Shown: positions 31,278 through 40,099, numbered from the whole stretch's first letter. The stretch: DNA of 61,353 nucleotides, filler included, from 6 parts of 6 records of this genome joined end to end with filler, not necessarily neighbours in it, one strand, 5' to 3'. The notes: generated by a model from the letters alone, not told the origin. Numbers and translations are program-made.

Positions 31278-31723
31278 TCTGTCATTTCGACTGGAATGTT
31301 TTGGAGTGAAACGGAAAAACATGGAACGGAGAAATCCCTTTTGACAGTACAAAATTTATTTGTATAAAATGAAACAAAATAATTTTAAATTTATGAAAGA
31401 TCATCATTACTACATTTACATCATGGCAAGTAAAAGCGGTACTTTATATGTTGGCGTAACCAGTAATTTAGAGCAAAGAGTTCAGCAACATAAACAAGGT
31501 AATTTGGCAGGATTTACCCAAAAATATGATTGTCATAAATTAGTATATTACGAAGAGACTAACGATGTAATTTCCGCTATTGCTCGTGAAAAACAGATAA
31601 AAAAATGGAGACGAGAAAAAAGGAATTTCTCATTAAACAGATGAATCGCAGTTGGCAAGATCTGAGTAAGCAATGGCAATAAGGGATTTCTCCATTCCGC
31701 TTCGCTCCAGTCGAAATGACAGA
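31278..31723 (+). mobile_element. 446-bp element: GIY-YIG nuclease gene bounded by REP-like inverted repeats
   Basis: Perfect 18-bp terminal IR tctgtcatttcgactgga/tccagtcgaaatgacaga and 13-bp inner IR at 31328-31340 / 31681-31693; no target duplication seen. Confidence 0.85.
31393..31682 (+). CDS. Stand-alone GIY-YIG nuclease (UPF0213-like), 1-nt frameshift near the 3' end
   Basis: YYIYIMAS…TLYVGVTSNLEQRVQQHK…GFT.KY…LVYYE…AIAREKQIKKW. Adding one A to the run near 31616-31621 restores KKEFLIKQMNRSWQDLSKQWQ*, the family-typical tail. Confidence 0.88.
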
Positions 31724-31780
31724 CTTTTTCTTTACTTCAAACACCAACACTAAAAACTATCAAATCGAAAGGAAGACGTC

Positions 31781-32140
31781 ATGACCACCACCAAAACCCT
31801 CCGCTTATCCGGTCATCATCTCAACATCGCCGACCAAATCAGCGACCAATTCGGCATGTCGTTTACCGACGTGGTACGGCATCTTTTAGAGCAATACCAT
31901 CAGGAACAGATAGAGAGCCACAGCATTCAGAAATCATTGCACAACATCCAACGGCGGATTGAAGATTTGGGCAAGCCCGATGCGGAGAATGAAGGCGATT
32001 TTTCAGCAAATTCCTCTTGGGACATGGTTGTGACTGATCTACAAGCCATTAAACGGGATTTAAGCATGGTTAAACAAATCCTGTTGATAATCGGGCAAGC
32101 CGATCCCCGCACCAAATCAATGATAGGGAGTCTGGAATGA
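31781..32140 (+). CDS. Ribbon-helix-helix / CopG-like protein (TrwA-like relaxosome accessory)
   Basis: TKTLRLS…IADQISDQFGMSFTDVVRHLLE; ATGA-coupled to the coupling protein gene. Confidence 0.65.
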   Translation: MTTTKTLRLSGHHLNIADQISDQFGMSFTDVVRHLLEQYHQEQIESHSIQKSLHNIQRRIEDLGKPDAENEGDFSANSSWDMVVTDLQAIKRDLSMVKQILLIIGQADPRTKSMIGSLE

Positions 32141-33900
32141 TCGCTAAAAACCCCGCTCATATTGCCTTTGCCTCGTTCTTATCAGCAGAGAAAATGCGGT
32201 TCAAGATGTTCCTACATTTGATTCTGGCACTGATTGGCTTGCACTTATTCACTACCGTTGTTTTCTTACTGCTGATAACCCAACCGCCTCAGCTTCGGAT
32301 TAGCGGACTGTGGCTATTTTCCCACGCTATGACGGAAATAAATCCTGATTACCAAGTCATTTTCCCTGACAGTCACGGAAACTTCCGCACCACCGTCAAA
32401 ACCGTGGCTCAGTCAGCGGAAGTCGGAGATTACGTCGAAGACTATGGGCTTATTTTGCAACGCTGTTTTTATCTGTCGGCACCCGTGTACCTGCTTTTGC
32501 CGATATTACTGTTTTGGTTTCGGCATCGCTCACGGAAGCAACTGCAAGCGTTTCATATCAGAGGCAGTCGTTTATTGACTGCTCCCCAACTAAACAAACT
32601 CATGCGGTCAAAGCAGGAATCATCTGATTTGCCCCTGGGCAAAGTCACTATGCCTTGCAATGCGGAAAATAAGAGTGTTTTCATTCTCGGTCGTCCGGGT
32701 AGTGGCAAGTCAACCGCTCTCAACCAAGTTATCCGCAAACTGGAAGGACGTCAGGCAAAAGTGCTGATTTATGATTTCAAGGGCGAGTATCTGGAAAGAT
32801 TCTATAATCCCGATACGGACATCATTTTTAATCCCCTAGATGCCAGATCCGTGACATGGAATCTGTTTGCCGAAATCAGACAAAGCACTGATATTGACTC
32901 CATCGCCTCATCACTGATTCCTCCCGCTCATGCTCACGCCGATCCATTCTGGTCTGATGCCGCACGTCAAGTATTTACTGGAATCCTCCACTATCTGCAT
33001 CATCACAATTTTCGCACCAACGCCGATATCTGGAAGATGATTACATCTGACGTATCCACTTTAAGAGAAGCCCTGTTGAGTGTTCCGCAATCCGCTAAAG
33101 CGACTCGTTATTTGGAAACCGCTGATGCAGATGACGGCAGTTCCAAACAGGCAATCTCGATTTTATCAGTGATGATGCAGTATTGCTCAGCTTGGGAGTA
33201 TCTGACTGACAGTGCAGACGGTTTTTGCCTGACCGACTGGCTAAAGCAAGGAAAAGGACGGATTTTCCTGACCTCTAATGCCAATATCTCCGCTACTCTC
33301 AAACCTATTCATTCTCTGTTCATTGATTTGCTGGCAAAACTGATTTTGAGTCAATCAGATCAAGATGAGACATCACTTTTTCTGATTCTGGACGAGTTCG
33401 GCACCCTGCAAAAACTTCCGGCAGTCGTAAACCTGTTGACTCTCGGCAGATCCAAAGGAAGTAGTACATGGTTGGGTATTCAGGATGTTGGACGAATTGA
33501 TTCTATCTACGGCAAAGACTTGAGACAGACCATCGTCAATGCTTGCGGAACACATCTCATCTTTGGTCTTAATGACAGCGTGACCGCCAAATACGCTTCT
33601 GATCTATTAGGAGAACATGAATCTTTCATGGCTGATAAATCATTATCAGTCGGCAACAGCAAGCACAAAGACAGTGCCGGTATCAGTTATCGACGGCAGA
33701 AAAATCCGCTACTGCTTCCCTCGGAAATAAACCAGTTGCCGGATTTGACTGGCATCGTTCGTTTTCCCAATTATTTTCCTGCCACGACTCAATTCACATA
33801 CCGTCATTTTGAGAAGCAATGCGAGCATTTTGTCATCCGTCCCGATTTGCAAATGACAACTAATGAGGAGGAAACCACGCATGAAGAATCCGCATCATAA
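32137..33900 (+). CDS. Type IV coupling protein (TrwB/TraD-like)
   Basis: Two N-terminal TMs, HIRGS, Walker A GRPGSGKST, IYDFKGE, NPLDARS, LDEFGTL and GRSKG. Confidence 0.93.
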   Translation: MIAKNPAHIAFASFLSAEKMRFKMFLHLILALIGLHLFTTVVFLLLITQPPQLRISGLWLFSHAMTEINPDYQVIFPDSHGNFRTTVKTVAQSAEVGDYVEDYGLILQRCFYLSAPVYLLLPILLFWFRHRSRKQLQAFHIRGSRLLTAPQLNKLMRSKQESSDLPLGKVTMPCNAENKSVFILGRPGSGKSTALNQVIRKLEGRQAKVLIYDFKGEYLERFYNPDTDIIFNPLDARSVTWNLFAEIRQSTDIDSIASSLIPPAHAHADPFWSDAARQVFTGILHYLHHHNFRTNADIWKMITSDVSTLREALLSVPQSAKATRYLETADADDGSSKQAISILSVMMQYCSAWEYLTDSADGFCLTDWLKQGKGRIFLTSNANISATLKPIHSLFIDLLAKLILSQSDQDETSLFLILDEFGTLQKLPAVVNLLTLGRSKGSSTWLGIQDVGRIDSIYGKDLRQTIVNACGTHLIFGLNDSVTAKYASDLLGEHESFMADKSLSVGNSKHKDSAGISYRRQKNPLLLPSEINQLPDLTGIVRFPNYFPATTQFTYRHFEKQCEHFVIRPDLQMTTNEEETTHEESAS

Positions 33901-34861
33901 GAAAGAACTCAAAGAAAAAAGAATGACAGCCATGCTGACCTTTTCTTTAGGGAAAATAGAAAACTACCTACAAGATCCCAAACTTACGGAAATCATGGTC
34001 AATCCTGACGGTAAGCTCTTGATTGACCACTTAGAGACTGGCCGTCAAGATACGGGGCTGCTCATCCCGCCGACTGAAACCTCTCGCCTGATAAAACTGG
34101 TAGCCAGTCAAGCGGGATGTGTCTGCAATGAGGCTAATCCCACTCTATCGGCTGACTTGCCCATGTATAAAGCTCGATTTCAGGGGATGATACCGCCAGT
34201 GGTGGCTCAACCTTGCTTTGCCATCCGCAAACATGCCCGACGAATATTCTCCCTCTCGGCTCTGGTTCAGCAGGGAGTATTGACCACGCCCCAAGCTAAA
34301 GTCATTCAGCAAGCGATTGGGGAACAACAAAACATCCTGATTGCCGGTGGCACAGCTTCCGGCAAAACCACCTTTGCCAATGCCTTGCTATTCGAAATCG
34401 GCAGAATGAACCAACGCTTAATCATCATTGAAGACACACCAGAGTTACAAGTTGACGCTGAGGATTTCCTCAAACTGACCACCACCGATGAACTTGGCAT
34501 GAATGCTTTGCTTAAATCATCGCTTCGGCTCCGTCCTGACCGCATCATTGTGGGAGAGCTGAGAGATGGAGCTTCCGCTCTCACATTCCTGAAATCCATT
34601 AATACCGGACATAAAGGCAGTCTAACAACCTTACACGCTAACGGCGTAAATGGGGCTTTAATCCGCTTGGAGCAATTGATTCAAGAAATATTGCCCCAAG
34701 CCCCTTGCCATCTGATAGCCGAAACCATTGATTTGGTCATTTTCATTGTCAAAGAGGGAAACAACCGAAGAGTGCGAGAAATGGGGCAGGTAAAGGGACT
34801 TGATGAGGTGAGCGGTAATTACCTGATTGATTACCTTGAACAAACAAAAAAAGAGGGCTAA
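33881..34861 (+). CDS. trbB: VirB11/TrbB ATPase
   Basis: EIMVNPDG, GGTASGKTT, IEDTPEL, LRLRPDRIIVGELR, NTGHKG and TLHAN. Confidence 0.93.
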   Translation: MKNPHHKKELKEKRMTAMLTFSLGKIENYLQDPKLTEIMVNPDGKLLIDHLETGRQDTGLLIPPTETSRLIKLVASQAGCVCNEANPTLSADLPMYKARFQGMIPPVVAQPCFAIRKHARRIFSLSALVQQGVLTTPQAKVIQQAIGEQQNILIAGGTASGKTTFANALLFEIGRMNQRLIIIEDTPELQVDAEDFLKLTTTDELGMNALLKSSLRLRPDRIIVGELRDGASALTFLKSINTGHKGSLTTLHANGVNGALIRLEQLIQEILPQAPCHLIAETIDLVIFIVKEGNNRRVREMGQVKGLDEVSGNYLIDYLEQTKKEG

Positions 34862-34871
34862 AGCCCTCCCT
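34845..34871 (-). terminator. Terminator overlapping the stop codon of cassette gene 1
   Basis: Minus strand gagggc-ttta-gccctc-ttttttt. Confidence 0.7.
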
Positions 34872-35331
34872 CGATATCTGATATCAACCGTAAAACTTTG
34901 TTAGCAAAGTAGCAAAAAGCGGTTTCTTGAACTGATTTGGTTAACTGATATATCCCACCGTTTTTGAATTTATTGATGAGATGTTGAGAACCAAAATCAT
35001 TCAAAAATTGTAGCCCAAATTTATCAAAATACTCTGAGTTAACACAAGCCAGATAATTATTAGGTTCAACACTATCTTTTGCCCATTGTTTAATCGGATT
35101 AGTGAAGAAAAATGCCGCACTGTACGCAACAGGTAGATTAGGATCATAATTGTCCTCAGTGATATCAAGAATTTTCAGCAAACGCTCAATATCATAACGC
35201 CGTTGAACATCTGGCTCATTGAAATCACTAAACAGGAAATCAAACTCAGCAAAATTTTCCTCGGTATTGATACGATCAATTACTTCGGAAAGAGATAAAG
35301 AAGCCGACGAAGATGTAATGTTTTCAATCAT
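34858..35331 (-). CDS. Hypothetical acidic protein (157 aa), cassette gene 1
   Basis: ORF from the ATG at 35331 (MIENITSSS…SDIEGGL*); no motif recognised. Confidence 0.7.
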   Translation of the reverse strand: MIENITSSSASLSLSEVIDRINTEENFAEFDFLFSDFNEPDVQRRYDIERLLKILDITEDNYDPNLPVAYSAAFFFTNPIKQWAKDSVEPNNYLACVNSEYFDKFGLQFLNDFGSQHLINKFKNGGIYQLTKSVQETAFCYFANKVLRLISDIEGGL

Positions 35332-35384
35332 GGTAAGAAAATTAAGAAATAAAATTAAAAACACTCGAAAAAGCAGAAAGTGAC

Positions 35385-35485
35385 TTTAGGTTCGGTCAAA
35401 TAAATTTTTAACAATTATGACTATTTCAAATCTTAAAAAATTATTTTACGGGTTCTAAAGGCACTTTCTACAATGAGGAAGAGTT
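35385..35485. repeat. Conserved upstream repeat, copy A
   Basis: 75-bp imperfect palindromic core (35385-35459) plus ggaagagtt 18 nt later; about 10 differences from copy B. Confidence 0.85.
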
Positions 35486-35497
35486 TTTTTTACAAGA

Positions 35498-35527
35498 CAA
35501 AAAAAGAGAGAGCTTAAAGCCCTCCCT
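35498..35527 (-). terminator. Terminator overlapping the stop codon of cassette gene 2
   Basis: Minus strand gggagggc-tttaa-gctctctc-ttttttt; homologous to 34845-34871. Confidence 0.7.
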
Positions 35528-36434
35528 TGATTGATTGCAAATACTGATAAGTCGCTGATTGACGCCAAGCAGACAGCACTTGCTCCCGACTATGGAACTG
35601 ACACTCAAACCACGGCATCCCTTGTAAATCACTAACCTGTTTCTTTTGCACAATCAATATCTTGGTCGATGTGTTGGTAGTAGCAAAAATGCCATTAGGT
35701 AAAGCTACCATCCCCAAGACTCGGAAATGATCCCAGAAGAATCTGATGACTTTTTTATTGGCAGTCGGTTTACCATAAGCAGGGCAAACAAAGGCTAAAA
35801 CACCACTATCCTTTAGATAACACTGACAACGATGCAGATACAGGCTTTGCGAGAGAACATTACCACTGCGGAAGGAGAAGGGATGGAGCGGAGCATACAC
35901 GTCCAAGTTAAACGGCGGGTTACCCACGATGTAATCACATTGAGGAATCGCATTCATGGTCAACATACTGGTGTGCTGAATCTGAGCTTGGGGAAACAGT
36001 TTCTTGGAGATGAGATAAGCCTCTTCATCAATCTCCACACCATACAAGTTTTGAGTCGGCAGATGGTTGAAAAAGCTTCCTTTCCCGGAACAAATATCAG
36101 CCACAGTCGCCTCCGGCTCAATCTCCAACATCTCCACCATCAAGCGACAGATAGAGTCGGGGGTGAAGAACTGACCTTGTTCAACAGATTGCTTGGCTTT
36201 AGCGTATTCCCGAAAACTATCAAAATCACGCCTCTTAAAACTATGAAGCCGACCTTTACCGCTGAACTGCTGAAACGCCCACTGTAAATCCTTAGTATAC
36301 AAGGCTCTACGGTTGTTTTTCTGCCTGATTTGTTTACTTCGATTAATGCCATACTTCGTTGGTAAATACTTGGCAGGGGCTTCATATGAACCTTGATTTG
36401 ATAAAGCCGGTGATGAGGTGAGAAGTGTATTCAT
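35514..36434 (-). CDS. Orphan N6-adenine DNA methyltransferase, cassette gene 2
   Basis: GQFFTP, motif I ADICSGKGSF, YGVEID and motif IV VGNPPF; no restriction or specificity gene adjacent. Confidence 0.88.
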   Translation of the reverse strand: MNTLLTSSPALSNQGSYEAPAKYLPTKYGINRSKQIRQKNNRRALYTKDLQWAFQQFSGKGRLHSFKRRDFDSFREYAKAKQSVEQGQFFTPDSICRLMVEMLEIEPEATVADICSGKGSFFNHLPTQNLYGVEIDEEAYLISKKLFPQAQIQHTSMLTMNAIPQCDYIVGNPPFNLDVYAPLHPFSFRSGNVLSQSLYLHRCQCYLKDSGVLAFVCPAYGKPTANKKVIRFFWDHFRVLGMVALPNGIFATTNTSTKILIVQKKQVSDLQGMPWFECQFHSREQVLSAWRQSATYQYLQSIKGGL

Positions 36435-36482
36435 GAATAATGAATTAAAAATTAAAAATACACTTCCTTAAAAAAGCGGGGA

Positions 36483-36584
36483 TTTAGGTTCAGTCACAAT
36501 AAATTTTTATCAATTATGACCATTTTTAAGTCTAAAAAATTATTTGACGGGTTCTAAATCTTGGTCTTTATAATTGGAAGAGTT
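36483..36584. repeat. Conserved upstream repeat, copy B
   Basis: 76-bp core (36483-36558) plus ggaagagtt 18 nt later. Confidence 0.85.
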
Positions 36585-36686
36585 GTATTTTATTTAGTTG
36601 AATTTAGCGATTAATTGAGTAGGTTTTATCGATGACAAAAGTAAAAATAAAAGGAAAATAGTTTAATTATTTTTATTGGTTGAGGA

Positions 36687-37082
36687 ATGAAAATTATGCT
36701 TTCCGACTTTCAAAAAAATGAGCTTTGTGATATAGATTTAATGCGTGTTAAAGATGTTGCCAAGTTTTTGGGCAAGTCCCCATCATGGGTATATGCCAAT
36801 TACAAAATACTTGGTGGTGCGAAAGTCGGTGGCTCATTGTTTTTTCCCTCAAAGGAGAAGATATATGAGCGTATATTTCGACAAAAAGAAGAAATTTTGG
36901 AGATACGAGTTCCGATATCAGAAACAACGCTACACCAAAGCGGGATTCAAAACCAAAAAAGAAGCAATCGCCGTCGAAGCGGAAAGAAGGAAGGAATTAA
37001 AAGAGGCAATGACGGTTTCGGTGCGGACAACGACCACAATAACCGAGATCCCAACCGACATGGACTTCTTGGAACTGGTTAA
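36687..37082 (+). CDS. Excisionase-like HTH protein overlapping the integrase start
   Basis: LMRVKDVAKFLGKSPSWVY…KVGGSLFF is an HTH_17/Xis-like pattern. Confidence 0.65.
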   Translation: MKIMLSDFQKNELCDIDLMRVKDVAKFLGKSPSWVYANYKILGGAKVGGSLFFPSKEKIYERIFRQKEEILEIRVPISETTLHQSGIQNQKRSNRRRSGKKEGIKRGNDGFGADNDHNNRDPNRHGLLGTG

Positions 37083-37941
37083 TTTACGTTTGGATTATCT
37101 GCAAGCATATGAATCCAAAAAGTATTATGAGGATAATTTAACCAGTACAAAACGTTGGATTAAACAGTGGGGAAAATTAGATTGTACAGCCATTACTTCC
37201 CAAATGGTTCAGGATTACATGATTAAGCTCAAAAATAGTGTTTCTGCATTTACCGCTAATAAAGAACTGCGTTATTTACGAGCAACCTTTAATTTTGGCA
37301 TCAAGAAACCGAATGAGTGGATCACTATTAATCCTACGACTGGAATCAGTTTTTTTCCCATTGAGAAAAAGAAAAAACGGATACCACCTCAAGAAGATGT
37401 TCGCCGGGTTATTATGGTAGCTGATGCCGATACTCAGGATTACCTCTGGACAATTGCTTTAACATTGGGAAGAATGACCGAAATTAATCAATTGACTTGG
37501 GATGATATTGATTTTGCCAACAATTCTGTCACGCTGTACACTCGAAAGAAAAAAGGTGGACACCTCACTCCACGAGATATTCCCATGAGTACAAAATTAC
37601 AGAATATTTTCCAACGTAGAAACCAAAACCGTAATAGGGAAACGCCCTATGTGTTTTGGCATAAATATTACAGTCGGAAACAAGGTAAGTGGGTAACAGG
37701 CAGATATCATGACCGCAAACGCATCATGAAAACACTGTGTGCCAAAGCCGGTGTTGAGTATTTTCGGTTTCATCCGCTCCGGCATTTCGGAGCCTCGTTG
37801 TTGGAAAGAGAAGGTGTGTCGATTAAAGTGATTCAAGAAATCTTAGGACATGAGAACCGTCGCACAACGGAAATTTACCTGCATTCTTTTTCCGGTTCCG
37901 GTAAAGAAGCCATGAACACTTTAGAGACAGCTTTGCAGTAA
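36865..37941 (+). CDS. Tyrosine recombinase / phage-type integrase
   Basis: aaggag RBS; arm-binding N-terminus (WRYEF…GFKTKKEA); catalytic R (TLGRMTEI), HxxR (FHPLRH), LGH and Y (TEIYLH). Confidence 0.95.
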   Translation: MSVYFDKKKKFWRYEFRYQKQRYTKAGFKTKKEAIAVEAERRKELKEAMTVSVRTTTTITEIPTDMDFLELVNLRLDYLQAYESKKYYEDNLTSTKRWIKQWGKLDCTAITSQMVQDYMIKLKNSVSAFTANKELRYLRATFNFGIKKPNEWITINPTTGISFFPIEKKKKRIPPQEDVRRVIMVADADTQDYLWTIALTLGRMTEINQLTWDDIDFANNSVTLYTRKKKGGHLTPRDIPMSTKLQNIFQRRNQNRNRETPYVFWHKYYSRKQGKWVTGRYHDRKRIMKTLCAKAGVEYFRFHPLRHFGASLLEREGVSIKVIQEILGHENRRTTEIYLHSFSGSGKEAMNTLETALQ

Positions 37942-37992
37942 ATCAGTTTCACTAAGACGATAAATAATATTAACGACAGAATCAGGAAAAAG

Positions 37993-38040
37993 TGGTGTGG
38001 GACTCAAAAAAGTGAAAGTCCCACACCAACTCCCACACCA
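37993..38040. repeat. Probable integrase arm-type binding sites
   Basis: TCCCACACCA at 38019-38028 and 38031-38040, inverted copy at 37993-38002, between the integrase and the att core. Confidence 0.65.
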
Positions 38041-38086
38041 AAACAAAAAGGGTTACAACCACTTGGCTGTAACCCCTTGATTTCAT

Positions 38087-38114
38087 TGGCGCGCCCGGCA
38101 GGATTCGAACCTGC
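38087..38114 (-). tRNA. 3' end of a tRNA (probably Arg) = att core; truncated by the contig end
   Basis: Minus strand GCAGGTTCGAATCCTGCCGGGCGCGCCA shows the T-arm and CCA. The anticodon is not visible. A terminator-like hairpin follows at about 38048-38078. Confidence 0.8.
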
Positions 38115-38214
38115 NNNNNNNNNNNNNNNNNNNNNNNNNNNNNNNNNNNNNNNNNNNNTTAATTAATTAANNNNNNNNNNNNNNNNNNNNNNNNNNNNNN
38201 NNNNNNNNNNNNNN
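38115..38214. other. Artificial contig-joining linker
   Basis: N-run, TTAATTAATTAA, N-run. Confidence 0.98.
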
Positions 38215-38506
38215 TTTTTTCATGGTGTTTTTAACAAAATAACGACTTTTTCGCCTCTTAACTGGATTAGCTTGTTTTATCTCGCTTTTTTTGGTACTGT
38301 TCTTGGATTTTTATGGTACTATGAAGGCATTCAAAAAATAGGTGCCACGAAAGCAGGAATATACATTAATTTCGTGCCTGTCAGCTCACTCTTCCTGGCT
38401 TTTTCTGCTCGGCGAACCCGTAACCTTTTCTTTAATAATCGGTATGATATTTGTCGGTTGCGGAGTCTATCTTACCAACGCCAATTTCAAAAACAAAATA
38501 TTCTAA
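38215..38506 (+). CDS. EamA/DMT transporter, C-terminal fragment with a frameshift in the T-run near 38400
   Basis: YLAFFGTVLGFLWYYEGIQKIGATKAGIYINFVPV, continuing in another frame as FLLGEPVTFSLIIGMIFVGCGVYLTN. Confidence 0.85.
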
Positions 38507-38635
38507 AAGATTTTCGATCATATTGTCTCTTTCTTTTTTTATTGGGATTAGTTGGATGTGATGAGTTGTTCTTATTGGTAATATTACAAGAAGAATTGGT
38601 GCCATTAATTCGATAAAAGTGGGAGGGAAGACAAC

Positions 38636-39079
38636 TTGAAAGCTGTTTTTTTCTTCTGTATGTGTCTGCTGATAATATATTGTGGATCGCAACAAACACA
38701 ACAGGCTGGTTCACAAGGATTACGCAAAATATCATACAAAAATGAGGCTGAACTGCAACAGTTACGCGATACTGGTGCGGAAATCATTGTGCAAGAGGAC
38801 GACTATGTCATAGTAAGAATGGACAGTATGATAACAGCTCTGTCTTTAGACTCGGAACCCATTGCAGAAGCAGATTTGGTACAACGATTTGTTCATATTA
38901 TTTTTACCGATAGCAGTGATCTGCAAAAAATCGCTAACATTGGAATCGATCTATGGCAAGTTAAAGGGGATACGGTCATTGCCCGTGCCTTTGATACATA
39001 TATCAAACAACTCAGGGAAGCTGGATTTACAGTAAAGATAATTGCTTCCGATTCAAGAACAATTCTGGAGAAAGAATGA
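38636..39079 (+). CDS. Secreted/lipoprotein with two carboxypeptidase-propeptide-like repeats
   Basis: Signal ending IIYC; two similar units (ISYKNEAELQQLRDTGAEII / IIFTDSSDLQKIANIGIDLW); ATGA-coupled to the M14 gene. Confidence 0.6.
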   Translation: MKAVFFFCMCLLIIYCGSQQTQQAGSQGLRKISYKNEAELQQLRDTGAEIIVQEDDYVIVRMDSMITALSLDSEPIAEADLVQRFVHIIFTDSSDLQKIANIGIDLWQVKGDTVIARAFDTYIKQLREAGFTVKIIASDSRTILEKE

Positions 39080-40099
39080 AAAATAATTTACGGATTTTAT
39101 TATACCCATTTATTTTCCTGTTTTTCTTTTTTATTTTTCCCGCTTTTAAATTGTGATAATGGGGGAGATCCCGATCCAACAGCAGGACAGTTTCATACCT
39201 ATTCAGAAATCAATGATGAACTACACCAGCTGGCAAACACTTTTCCAAATATCGCTTCTGTTACCTCCATCGGACAATCTCTTGAAGGACGGGAATTATG
39301 GGGAATTAAAATTAGCGATAACGTGAATATGGACGAAACAGAGTCTATTATCATTCTTCTTGGTGCTCATCATGCCAGAGAATGGATATCCGTTGAAGTT
39401 CCGTTTCTTATTGCCAAACATTTACTTGAAAGCTATGGCAATGATTCGTTTGTTGACCAAGTGGTCAATAACAGTGAGATCTGGATTATACCTCTTGTTA
39501 ATCCGGATGGACATCAGCATTCTGTGACAACGGATCGTCTGTGGAGAAAGAATCGTCGTAAAAATGGTGACGGAAGTTATGGTGTCGACCTGAACCGCAA
39601 TTATAGTCATCAATGGGGAGGACCCGGATCTTCAGGAGATACCTTTTCCGATATTTATCGCGGTACATCGTCCTTCTCAGAGCCTGAAACCCGTGCTGTG
39701 AGGGATTTTATTCAACTACATCCGCCAAAAGCTCTTATTAGTTATCATAATTATTCCCAGCTTGTCCTTTATCCCTGGGGCTATACAAGTACACCTGCGC
39801 CTGATAAACTACTTTTAGACAACCTGGCGATTGCTATGGCAGATAAGATCAGAGCCGTGCATGGGCGAAACTATTCCCCTGAACAATCCTCTCGACTTTA
39901 TCTGGCAAGCGGTGATACAACAGATTGGCTGTATGCTTTACTTTCAGTACCTGCTTTTACGATAGAATTGAGACCTAAATCCAGCAATCCCGGTTTTGTA
40001 TTACCTGAGAATGAAATCCAATCGACATTTGAAGAAAATTTACCGGCAGCTCTTTCTCTTATCGATTGGGCTATTCAACAAAATTCAGTCACCTTTTAG
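39076..40099 (+). CDS. M14 zinc carboxypeptidase (carboxypeptidase T-like), frameshift in the signal-peptide T-run
   Basis: HHAREW, NPDG, WRKNR, GVDLNRN, SEPET, SYHNYSQ and FTIELRP. The ATG at 39076 is one base out of frame with LLNCDNGG…FHTYSEI…SIGQSLEGRELW. Confidence 0.9.

Larger units (their letters stand above)
23291..38114 (+). mobile_element. Integrative conjugative element, right arm, integrated at a tRNA 3' end
   Basis: Trb-type T4SS genes, MOBF relaxase, coupling protein, Xis-like HTH and a tyrosine integrase ending about 145 nt from a tRNA 3' end. Confidence 0.88.

Noticed and set aside
35385-36558. Integron attC sites or dif-like sites
   Set aside because: No RYYYAAC/GTTRRRY ends or XerC/D 11-6-11 layout, the repeats lie upstream of the genes, and the integrase has an arm-binding phage/ICE-type N-terminus.
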